Of a stretch of DNA of 64,000 nt, positions 1 through 7,992 are shown piece by piece. The DNA is from an uncultured bacterium (GTDB lineage: Bacteria > Patescibacteriota > Patescibacteriia > Patescibacteriales > UBA12465). Where the stretch lies: the NCBI GenBank assembly GCA_942492765.1, contig OW818634.1, forward strand, positions 409,159 through 473,158, given 5' to 3'. The translations under genes were made by a program, and so were the position numbers. The notes beneath the pieces are model-generated. The model was not told the origin of the DNA. It saw only the letters and a program-made list of their open reading frames with translations, and made no database searches. Each line of letters starts with the position of its first letter. Within the stretch, counting starts at the first letter, position 1.

Positions 1-1
1 C

Positions 2-1948
2 CATGACCTGCTTTTTTATTTTCCCTTCCGTTATGACGATTTTGCTAGCGTCGAAACTATCGCCGGATTAAAAGCGGGCGAGAGCGCCCAGGTCATCGGC
101 ACGATTGAGCTAATCCAGAATAAGAAAAGCTTCAAGCGGCGCATGTTCGTAACCGAAGCGCTCGTAACTGACGATAGCGGCTCTCTCAAAGTCATCTGGT
201 TCAATCAGCCCTTCTTGACCCGGACTTTCAAGCCTGGAGACAAGATTTCCCTGGCTGGAAAAGTGACTGAAGACTATAGCGGCTTATCTATGATAACTCC
301 GGTCGCAGAAAAGATATACTCCGAATCCCTTATCCATACTAAAGGCCTGATTCCTAATTATCATCTGACGGAAAACTTGACGCAGAAGCAGCTCCGCTAC
401 TTGGTCAAGGAGGCGATCGCTCTGGCTGACAAACTAGAAGACTGGATTCCTATAAATGTAAAAAAACGTCTTGAATTATTAGACTTAGGACCAGCCTTAC
501 ATCTGATTCATTTCCCCAAGAGCTATGAAGAAATTGAGGCGGCCCGGAAGCGCCTCGGCTTCGCGGAATTATTCCTGCGCCAGCTTAAATCAGCGATAAT
601 TAAGAGCGACTTGAAGAATCGCCGCGCTCTTTCTATCGATTTCAAAGAAAAAGAGACTAAAGAATTCGTCGCTTCCCTGCCTTTTAAATTGACCGGAGCC
701 CAAAAGAAGACCGCTTGGGAAATATTGCGCGATTTAGAAAAACCGATGCCGATGAGCCGGCTCCTTGAAGGCGATGTCGGCAGCGGCAAGACTTTAGTCG
801 TGGCCTTAGCTCTTCTCAATGTCGCTCTGAACCGTAAAAGATCGGTCTTGATGGTTCCAACCGAAATCCTAGCGTCCCAGCATTTTAATTACCTGAATAA
901 GCTATTTAAAGGTTACGGTTTCAAGATCGCGCTCTTAACTCATAGCCATAAAGAAGCCGGGGCTGATGAGGCCGATATCATTATCGGCACGCACGCGCTT
1001 ATCCAGAAAAACGTCAGGTTTAAAGATTTAGCCTTAGCTATCGTCGATGAACAGCATCGTTTCGGCGTCGGTCAGCGCCGGAAAATATTGGATTTCAATA
1101 GCGCGCCCGGAGAAACGCCGCATTTCCTATCGCTCACGGCGACTCCTATCCCCCGCTCTTTAGCCCTGGCTATCTATGGCGACTTGGACCTATCGATCAT
1201 TAACGAAATGCCTAGCGGCCGCAAACCAGTCATGACCAAAATAGTGACCGAGGCTAACCGTTCGAAAGCCTATGACTTCATCCGCGAACAGATAAGCTCC
1301 GGCCGTCAGGCCTTCGTGGTTTGCCCGCTCATTGATGAATCCGATAGCCTCGGGATAAGATCGGTCAAAGCCGAACATGAACGACTGGATAGGGAGATAT
1401 TTCCTGAACTTAAAGTCGGACTGCTCCATGGGAAACTTAAAGCTAAAGAAAAAGAAGAGATCATGGCCGATTTCTTAAATAATAAGATTCAAATATTAGT
1501 CGCGACAGCCGTCATCGAGGTCGGCGTCGATGTTCCGAATGCAACAATGATGATTATCGAAGGCGCGGAACGCTTCGGCTTAGCTCAGCTCCACCAATTC
1601 CGTGGCCGCGTCGGGCGCAGCGAAGCGCAATCTTATTGCCTGCTTTTCCCGTCTTCGGAGGAGATTACAAACCTTAAGACGATCACTCGCCTAAATGCTA
1701 TGGCTAGCCATAACGACGGCTTGACGCTAGCGAAGATAGACTTAAAACTGCGCGGCGCTGGCGAATTATACGGCCTCAGCCAGAGCGGCTTTCCGGAATT
1801 CCAGATTGCCACCTTGTTCGATTATGAGAACATAAAAAAAGCGCAGGCAGAAGCCCGCGCCCTGATAGCTGCAGATCCGGAACTGAAAAAATATCCGCTT
1901 CTGAAAGAAAAACTCGGAAGATGGGAAGATGATGCGCATCTGGAATAA
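2..1948 (+). CDS. recG: ATP-dependent DNA helicase RecG (5' end truncated by window edge)
   Basis: Frame is open from nt 2 (HDLLFYFPFRYDD...). The track start at 143 is an internal Met. Walker A GDVGSGKT, DEQH box and QLHQFRGRVGR motif are present. Confidence 0.9.
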   Translation, partial: HDLLFYFPFRYDDFASVETIAGLKAGESAQVIGTIELIQNKKSFKRRMFVTEALVTDDSGSLKVIWFNQPFLTRTFKPGDKISLAGKVTEDYSGLSMITPVAEKIYSESLIHTKGLIPNYHLTENLTQKQLRYLVKEAIALADKLEDWIPINVKKRLELLDLGPALHLIHFPKSYEEIEAARKRLGFAELFLRQLKSAIIKSDLKNRRALSIDFKEKETKEFVASLPFKLTGAQKKTAWEILRDLEKPMPMSRLLEGDVGSGKTLVVALALLNVALNRKRSVLMVPTEILASQHFNYLNKLFKGYGFKIALLTHSHKEAGADEADIIIGTHALIQKNVRFKDLALAIVDEQHRFGVGQRRKILDFNSAPGETPHFLSLTATPIPRSLALAIYGDLDLSIINEMPSGRKPVMTKIVTEANRSKAYDFIREQISSGRQAFVVCPLIDESDSLGIRSVKAEHERLDREIFPELKVGLLHGKLKAKEKEEIMADFLNNKIQILVATAVIEVGVDVPNATMMIIEGAERFGLAQLHQFRGRVGRSEAQSYCLLFPSSEEITNLKTITRLNAMASHNDGLTLAKIDLKLRGAGELYGLSQSGFPEFQIATLFDYENIKKAQAEARALIAADPELKKYPLLKEKLGRWEDDAHLE

Positions 1949-1982
1949 ATGGAGGGCACCAACAAAAATATTTTATATAAAG

Positions 1983-2015
1983 AAAAAAGAGGTTCTGTCA
2001 GAGAGCCTCTTTTTT
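1983..2015. terminator. Bidirectional rho-independent terminator between convergent recG and the 101-aa gene
   Basis: AGAGG (1988-1992) pairs with CCTCT (2006-2010). An A-run lies upstream and TTTTT downstream. Confidence 0.55.
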
Positions 2016-2027
2016 ATCAGTCAGCTT

Positions 2028-2333
2028 TTAGCCGAACGATAATTTCTGCGCTTTCTTCTTTTTATCAATCTTGAGCCAGACGGTAAAGCAAAGAAGACAC
2101 ATTGTCAGGATTATTATCGTTGTAATAATCCAATTAGTATTAAAAGCGAAATTCGGATACCAATGAACGAATTTATCAACATCTGAGTTGCTTACTTCGT
2201 ATTCTAGAAATAGAGCCAAACGAAGCAGCACCCAAAACAATGGGAGAGCGAGGAAACAGACAACATTAACGGCTCCGATTATCACTAAAATTATTAAAAA
2301 ACCAATGACGAAAGAACTTACGATCTTTTTCAT
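2028..2333 (-). CDS. Small multi-pass membrane protein, function unknown
   Basis: 101-aa ORF with several hydrophobic segments. A consensus promoter sits upstream on the same strand. Confidence 0.6.
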   Translation of the reverse strand: MKKIVSSFVIGFLIILVIIGAVNVVCFLALPLFWVLLRLALFLEYEVSNSDVDKFVHWYPNFAFNTNWIITTIIILTMCLLCFTVWLKIDKKKKAQKLSFG

Positions 2334-2377
2334 ACTAACGATTTTTTGGTGAATTTTAACGAATTTTACTTAGTTAA

Positions 2378-2406
2378 ATTATATCACTTTTATTAAAAGA
2401 TGTCAA
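2378..2406 (-). promoter_or_regulatory. Sigma70-type promoter TTGACA-N17-TATAAT
   Basis: Minus strand reads TTGACA (2406-2401), a 17-nt spacer, then TATAAT (2383-2378). It lies upstream of the 2028..2333 gene. Confidence 0.6.
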
Positions 2407-2447
2407 TAGCATCACGTGGGAAGCTAGGATTATCATTTTCTGCACTC

Positions 2448-2476
2448 TTGACTTTATTTTGATATTATAGTAATAT
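2448..2476 (+). promoter_or_regulatory. Sigma70-type promoter TTGACT-N17-TAATAT
   Basis: TTGACT at 2448-2453, a 17-nt spacer, TAATAT at 2471-2476. It is divergent from the 2378-2406 promoter. Confidence 0.55.
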
Positions 2477-2525
2477 AAAGCAATAAAATAAGTGTGTTCT
2501 TTTCTAATGTCAAACCAAACAAATA

Positions 2526-2873
2526 GTGATTATGTCGAAAAGCAGAAATCCTTTAACGAAAGACACCGATGTTCTCGGAGTTTTTAATAATCTTAGTTTT
2601 TCTTTCAAGCTCGGCTCCTGCGAAATGATCCCGGCTCAAGGAGTCAGGGCTCGCGATGTAGTGAAAATCGATAAGCGCGAGGGCGACATTCCCAAGGATC
2701 TCTTCCTCAATGACGGCCGCATCATGTGTCTGACAGTTTCTAAGGAAAAGATTTCTAATCATCTAAACAACCTCAAAGCTAATCCATCGATTGAGAAAAC
2801 ATCTAATCCTTGCCCACCCCATGATCGTGGTCCAAGGGAAAAGACAGTTAAAGTCGATCACAGACGACATTAA
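2526..2873 (+). CDS. Hypothetical protein (orphan). The transcription unit is supported but the coding status is uncertain.
   Basis: 115-aa ORF (GTG 2526 or ATG 2532) between a good promoter and a terminator hairpin. No SD and no recognisable motif. Confidence 0.35.
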   Translation: MIMSKSRNPLTKDTDVLGVFNNLSFSFKLGSCEMIPAQGVRARDVVKIDKREGDIPKDLFLNDGRIMCLTVSKEKISNHLNNLKANPSIEKTSNPCPPHDRGPREKTVKVDHRRH

Positions 2874-2892
2874 GATCACAAAAAAACACAAA

Positions 2893-2929
2893 CAAAAAGG
2901 CCAATCTCACGATTGGTCTTCTTTTTTTA
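2893..2929. terminator. Bidirectional rho-independent terminator (orphan ORF / radA)
   Basis: AGGCCAATC (2898-2906) pairs with GATTGGTCT (2911-2919), including one G-U pair. The loop is TCAC, with a T-run downstream and an A-rich stretch upstream. Confidence 0.6.
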
Positions 2930-2941
2930 TGAAAATAAATT

Positions 2942-4291
2942 CTATTTTATAATTTCTACCAGCTCATCTAGATTCTTGATCTTGCTGAGCTTGAGCTTTC
3001 CGCCTTTGACATCGACATTAGGGATAATCGCGCTCAAGAAGCCTAACCGCTCCGCCTCCTGCAAGCGCGCTTCCAGCTTAAAGACATTGCGCACTTCTCC
3101 GCCCAAGCCCACTTCCCCGAGAACTATGGTCCGGCGATCAAAATCTTTATTGAGGTGCGAAGAAATTATAGCCGTACAAGCCGCCAGATCTAAAGCTGGA
3201 TCGCTAATTTTCAAACCGCCGATGACATTCAGGATTATATCTTGCGCTGTCAGGTTTATCTTGGTGCGTTTCGTAATGACCGCGCTAAGCACTTGCAAAC
3301 GATTGAGATCGAAACCGCTCGTCTTTCTCTGCGGATAGCCGAAAACCGTCTTGGTCGCCAGGGCTTGGAGGTCAGCCAAGAATGGGCGCGTGCCCTCGAT
3401 GACGCAGCCGATGGCCGAACCGGAAACCCTGCCCGCGCTATTCTCGACAAATATCAGACTAGGATTCTTAACTTCCTTGAAGCCGGTTCCGGTCATCTCA
3501 AGTACACCGAGTTCGTTGACTGAGCCGAAACGATTCTTAGCTGCCCGCAACAAGCAATAATTATTATTTGTCTCATTCTCCAAATACAAGACCGTATCGA
3601 CGATGTGCTCTAGTGATTTCGGACCAGCCACAGTTCCGTCTTTAGTGATATGGCCGATCAGGAAGACGGCGATATTATTTTCTTTGGCTAATTCCAAGAA
3701 TTTGATGGCGGCCGCCCGGATCTGAGAGATACCGCCGGCTTCTGCCGGAATCAGACTGGAATAGACCGTCTGGATAGAATCGACAATGAGTATTCCCGGG
3801 GCTAATTTCAAGACCGAAGAACAAATCTTCTCGACATTAGTCTCGGAGATGAATTTAAGATTCTCGATATTGCAATTCAGGCGGTCGAGGCGGGATTTGA
3901 CCTGCGCGGCTGATTCTTCGCCGCTGACATAGATGGCTGCCTGTTTTTTTCCGAGCGCGCTGGCAATCTGGGCGACTAAGGTCGATTTACCGATACCCGG
4001 CTCGCCACTCAGTAATATGAGCGAACCCGGCACGACGCCGCCGCCTAAGACGCGGTCGATCTCGCTGATTTCCGTCTTAAAACGCTCCAGGGATGAAGCC
4101 TTAATTGAGGCTAAGTCGATCACTTCGGCGCCACCGAGCTTCTTAATCGCCTCTTTCTTCTCGGCTTTAGAATCAGTCACCTGCTCGCCGAGCGTGCCCC
4201 AAGAGCCGCATTCTGAACAACGCCCACTCCATTTCGGGAATTGGGCGTCGCAATTAGAGCAGACGAAGATTGTTTTGATATTTCCAGGCAT
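2942..4291 (-). CDS. radA: DNA repair protein RadA/Sms
   Basis: N-terminal Zn finger CSNCDAQFPKWSGRCSECGSW, Walker A GEPGIGKST, KNRFG motif and a Lon-like C-terminal domain. Confidence 0.95.
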   Translation of the reverse strand: MPGNIKTIFVCSNCDAQFPKWSGRCSECGSWGTLGEQVTDSKAEKKEAIKKLGGAEVIDLASIKASSLERFKTEISEIDRVLGGGVVPGSLILLSGEPGIGKSTLVAQIASALGKKQAAIYVSGEESAAQVKSRLDRLNCNIENLKFISETNVEKICSSVLKLAPGILIVDSIQTVYSSLIPAEAGGISQIRAAAIKFLELAKENNIAVFLIGHITKDGTVAGPKSLEHIVDTVLYLENETNNNYCLLRAAKNRFGSVNELGVLEMTGTGFKEVKNPSLIFVENSAGRVSGSAIGCVIEGTRPFLADLQALATKTVFGYPQRKTSGFDLNRLQVLSAVITKRTKINLTAQDIILNVIGGLKISDPALDLAACTAIISSHLNKDFDRRTIVLGEVGLGGEVRNVFKLEARLQEAERLGFLSAIIPNVDVKGGKLKLSKIKNLDELVEIIK

Positions 4292-4324
4292 ATGCTGAAA
4301 GGCTCCGCTAAACGAAGCTGAATT

Positions 4325-4942
4325 TTACTTTTCCCAATAGGCTTTATCCATCAGCCATTCGCCATTAACTTTCAAGAAGCTGAGGTCTAACTTCTGGATA
4401 AAAGGTTCGCCGCCGCCGATCTTTTCCGTGCTTTCGCGGCGCTCGGTAGTCACTATTATCTCGGCGGTCCCGGCAGAATCATCGAAGCTCTTTATTTCCG
4501 TCATCAGAGCCTTGGCGGTAATGCCATAATAAGAATCTGATTTGGCGCTAGCTTTCTGTTCGGCGACGTATTTATCGGCCCAGGTCTGCAGGCTAGCCGT
4601 CATATAGATCTTTAGGTCGGTAAAATTGCCGTAATCAGACTGAGTCGAATAAGAACCGAGGCGCTCCGCATAAGATTTAGAACGCTGCGCCAAATCCGCG
4701 GCATTAATTGAATGCGTCGGTTCTTTGGTCAGGTCATATTCCGTGCGGCGCGGCTTATCACTCGGAGTCGTCGTGCCCTTCTCTTCTCCGGCCGGCAATT
4801 GGCTGATAGGATTATCAACTCCTGGAGTCAGAGGTTCTTCGGTCGCCGCTTTCTTCATGAAGACGAAATAAATGATGGCCGCGATGACTAATAGTCCGAG
4901 AAGGACGAATAGGAGGCCGATAGTTTTACGATTGGTTTGCAT
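4325..4942 (-). CDS. Membrane-anchored hypothetical protein, last gene of the T4SS-like cluster
   Basis: 205-aa ORF with an N-terminal TM helix (IGLLFVLLGLLVIAAIIYFVF). It lies 22 nt downstream of the VirB4-like gene. Confidence 0.6.
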   Translation of the reverse strand: MQTNRKTIGLLFVLLGLLVIAAIIYFVFMKKAATEEPLTPGVDNPISQLPAGEEKGTTTPSDKPRRTEYDLTKEPTHSINAADLAQRSKSYAERLGSYSTQSDYGNFTDLKIYMTASLQTWADKYVAEQKASAKSDSYYGITAKALMTEIKSFDDSAGTAEIIVTTERRESTEKIGGGEPFIQKLDLSFLKVNGEWLMDKAYWEK

Positions 4943-4963
4943 ATTTATTTTAAATATTTATTT

Positions 4964-6862
4964 TTACATGCCTGCTTCTTCTTGGCGGCTTTCATCGAAT
5001 TCCTTCTTAGCTTCTTCTAATTCGAGCAGCTGGCGCGGATCAGAGGTAATTAACTGATCTTCGGTATAAGAGGCGACCGCTTTCATGGCGACGTGCTTAT
5101 TGCCAGCGAAGAAGATGCCTTCGCCGACGCCGCATTCTAACAACAGATATTTCTCGCCCTCAGTCAGCATGAAAGTCTTCTGAATCAGGTCGATGGCGGC
5201 CGGCGACTGCTTGAATAATAGCTGCAAAGAAGAATTATTAACAATGGCCTGGCCATAGGGAGAGGTTAAGAAATCATTAACATCTTGCGTAATGGTCGTG
5301 ACGCCCAGATAATACTTACGGCAGCGCTTGACGAGGGCGAAGATGAATTTAGCTGAATCTTCATGCTGCATCATCCACCAGGCTTCATCGATGACTAGGA
5401 TGCGCTTCTTCATCTCGCTGCGGACGACATTCCAGATATAATTGACGATGGTATAAATAGCGATCGGACGGAGCTCATCTTCCAGATCGCGGACCGAGAA
5501 GCAGACGAGCTGATTGCTCATCTCGACGTTAGTCTGATTATTGAGCAAGCCGGCAAAAGTTCCCTCGGTAAATTTGCGCAGACGCAACGCTAAATCCGTA
5601 CCGCCTTCCATGCCGTCAAGAATCTGCTCGAAATCAGCCATGATTGGCGCTTCAATCTTGGATAAATCGGAATCCGGAGTAATATCCTTCTTAGCATAAG
5701 TTTCTAATAAGGCGCGGTCAACGATAGAATCCTCATCATAGCTCAGATTGCCTAACATCAGGCGCACTAAGCCTTTAAGCGTAATGACAGCGCTGCGGAT
5801 GATGTCTTTCGGTTTCGCTTCCCCGCCGATAGAACGCGGGAGATCGAACGGATTAATCTTATTCTCGGAAGACAAGGAAATGTTTATATAGGTGCCGCCG
5901 ACGGCTTCAGCCAGATGCTTGTATTCATATTCCGGATCAATAACAATGACGTCGGTGCCGAGCATCAAAGAGCGCAGGATCTCTAATTTGATCGCATAAC
6001 TCTTGCCGGCGCCGGAGGTAGCGAAGACCACGGAGTTGGCATTCTGAAGAGTGAAGCGGTCAAACAGGATCAAGCTGTTATTATGGCGGTTGATGCCATA
6101 TAAGATACCTTGATCGCTTGTGAGCTCGCTAGAAATGAAGGGGAAAGACGAGGCGATCGGCGAAGAATTCATGTTGAAGGTGATATATAATTCATCGTCG
6201 CCCAAAGGCAGAGTCGAATTGAATCCCTGTTCTGACTGATAATAGACGCGGCGGGAATAGACTAGGCGTGAACCAAAGACATCCTCGACCTGATCGCTCA
6301 GGCGATCCAGATCTTCGAGCTTGTCAGCGTATAAGGTGACATACAAGGCGAACTGGAAGAATTTTTCCGTTCCCTGGGTGAGCGCATCGCGCAGGTATTC
6401 GATATCGCGCAAAGCGGTTTCTCGCAACGGATCACGAGCAGCGCCCTTCTCCGCGTCAGAAACTATCTGCGCTTCCAAAGCGCCGACCTTATTCTTTAGT
6501 TGCTTCAAGATAATCGCGCTCTTGACCTGATAGAAGAACATCGAGACGTCGAAGGTCACGTTCAGATTGATTATCGGCGCGAACCAGCCGACAGAGATAT
6601 AGCGCGGATAAGAAACGATGAAAATAGTGCGCAAGAACTTATTGCCCAAAGCGAGGTGATTGGCTTCGACTTTAAGGCTAGCCGGAGCGATGATATCGCG
6701 GACGGATAAGACGCCGCGGCGGAAAGCCTTCTCTTCCTCGATGATCTCCCGAGTCAATTCCGGATTCTCCTCAATCGGATGCGCCACGGGCTTAACCCCG
6801 ATAGTAATCGGGGTATTAAGGCCTATCTTATTCTTTTCTTCTTTCTTGCTGAAATCGATCAT
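4964..6862 (-). CDS. VirB4/TrbE/TraC-type type IV secretion ATPase
   Basis: Walker A ATSGAGKSY and Walker B ILVIDEAWWMM. The N-terminal domain pattern (IAPASL...RTIFIVSYP) is typical of VirB4-like proteins. Confidence 0.85.
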   Translation of the reverse strand: MIDFSKKEEKNKIGLNTPITIGVKPVAHPIEENPELTREIIEEEKAFRRGVLSVRDIIAPASLKVEANHLALGNKFLRTIFIVSYPRYISVGWFAPIINLNVTFDVSMFFYQVKSAIILKQLKNKVGALEAQIVSDAEKGAARDPLRETALRDIEYLRDALTQGTEKFFQFALYVTLYADKLEDLDRLSDQVEDVFGSRLVYSRRVYYQSEQGFNSTLPLGDDELYITFNMNSSPIASSFPFISSELTSDQGILYGINRHNNSLILFDRFTLQNANSVVFATSGAGKSYAIKLEILRSLMLGTDVIVIDPEYEYKHLAEAVGGTYINISLSSENKINPFDLPRSIGGEAKPKDIIRSAVITLKGLVRLMLGNLSYDEDSIVDRALLETYAKKDITPDSDLSKIEAPIMADFEQILDGMEGGTDLALRLRKFTEGTFAGLLNNQTNVEMSNQLVCFSVRDLEDELRPIAIYTIVNYIWNVVRSEMKKRILVIDEAWWMMQHEDSAKFIFALVKRCRKYYLGVTTITQDVNDFLTSPYGQAIVNNSSLQLLFKQSPAAIDLIQKTFMLTEGEKYLLLECGVGEGIFFAGNKHVAMKAVASYTEDQLITSDPRQLLELEEAKKEFDESRQEEAGM

Positions 6863-6868
6863 ATTAGT

Positions 6869-7549
6869 TTATTTCTCTACCCTGAGCTTGTCTAAATCGA
6901 CTAATTCCTGGTTCTGAGAGGTTTCCGGGTTATAGGTCTTATAATAAAGCTCAATCAGGCTCTGGGTATCTAAGCGGGCGACGGCGACGCCGAGCGATTC
7001 TAGGCCGCCGGTGACGCTGTCGATGCGGCGATCAAGCATCTCCTGATAATTCTTAAAGGTTTTTTCCTTAAGCTTGATGACAGTCGCCGGCTTAAGCGCT
7101 TCGCTCAATAGGCTCATGAAACCTTTATGCTTATCAGTCAGCGGGTCATAAGGAACAATCACGTAAAAACGCTTATTCATGATCTTGCCCAAGGAGGTCA
7201 GCTCTTTGATATATTCGATATAGTCGGCGGTCTGAACTTTCAATAATTTATTCATCTGCTCCTTCTCTTTATTCTTCAAGTATTCCAGATAATTATTGAT
7301 GTCTAATTCGCGGGACTGGATGACGATCTGGAGCGTGAAGGTCAGATTATTCAAGAAGCGGACATAAGAATCAATAACCGCATTCTGTTCGTCTTCGCTC
7401 TTGAGCGCGAAATTTATACTGGAAACGAGAAGCACGGCGCGCAAAGTGCCATCCTTCATCACGACGGTGTTATCCTTAATCTCAGCAATATTCAGATATT
7501 GCTGGGTAGAAGAGCTTATTTTATTCTTAGCCAATCCTTTTTCCGGCAT
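6869..7549 (-). CDS. Hypothetical T4SS-associated protein resembling the non-ATPase N-terminal domain of VirB4-type proteins
   Basis: 226-aa ORF packed tightly between the PrgI-like and VirB4-like genes. Contains YLNIAEIKDNTVVMKDGTLRAVLLVSSINFALKSEDEQ and no Walker motifs. Confidence 0.5.
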   Translation of the reverse strand: MPEKGLAKNKISSSTQQYLNIAEIKDNTVVMKDGTLRAVLLVSSINFALKSEDEQNAVIDSYVRFLNNLTFTLQIVIQSRELDINNYLEYLKNKEKEQMNKLLKVQTADYIEYIKELTSLGKIMNKRFYVIVPYDPLTDKHKGFMSLLSEALKPATVIKLKEKTFKNYQEMLDRRIDSVTGGLESLGVAVARLDTQSLIELYYKTYNPETSQNQELVDLDKLRVEK

Positions 7550-7567
7550 AATTTAAATTTATCCTTT

Positions 7568-7987
7568 TTATTCTCCTTTATAGCGTCCTTTGGTATCGAC
7601 GACGAGCGCCAGTTCGGCCAAGCGCGACTTCTTATACATTTTCGGACCGACGGCTGGCGTCTCCGGCTTGATCTCGATATTCGGTTCTCCGACTTCGGCG
7701 GCCATCATGCGATTATTCCAAACCCTTATTCCCGGACGGCGTAAAGTCTGAAAGGCATTGAGCATGAACAGATGAAAGGGGCGGCCGTTTATCTTGACGA
7801 AGGCGAATAGGGCGGCAAAGATGAGCGTCACGATGCCGACGGTCAGGAAGAGAGTAAAATCGAACAGCTTATAGCTGATGCCGATAATGACGGCGGCGCC
7901 AAGAATAATCATGAATTGGCGCACAGTCAGAGGGCCGATAATCTTATTCTCGACATCGATGAATTGAGGAACGGTGAACTGCTGCAT
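7568..7987 (-). CDS. PrgI-family (VirB3-like) small membrane protein
   Basis: 139 aa. N-terminus is QFTVPQFIDVENKIIGPLTVRQF, followed by two TM helices. Confidence 0.6.
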   Translation of the reverse strand: MQQFTVPQFIDVENKIIGPLTVRQFMIILGAAVIIGISYKLFDFTLFLTVGIVTLIFAALFAFVKINGRPFHLFMLNAFQTLRRPGIRVWNNRMMAAEVGEPNIEIKPETPAVGPKMYKKSRLAELALVVDTKGRYKGE

Positions 7988-7992
7988 ATATC

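Noticed and set aside
2553-2762. Minus-strand 69-aa ORF with an RNCQTH (Rx4H, HEPN-like) motif
   Set aside because: The motif sits at the extreme N-terminus, whereas in DUF86/HEPN proteins it lies in the C-terminal third. No partner nucleotidyltransferase gene is present, and the promoter and terminator geometry favours the plus strand.
2480-2930. Possible RNase P RNA, tmRNA or other housekeeping ncRNA in the promoter-to-terminator unit
   Set aside because: I looked on both strands for GAGGAAAGTCC and ACAGAA..CGGCTTA (RNase P), and for a tRNA-like GGTTCGA..CCACCA end with an alanine-rich tag frame (tmRNA). None was found. The unit is left as an unresolved orphan rather than called as an ncRNA.
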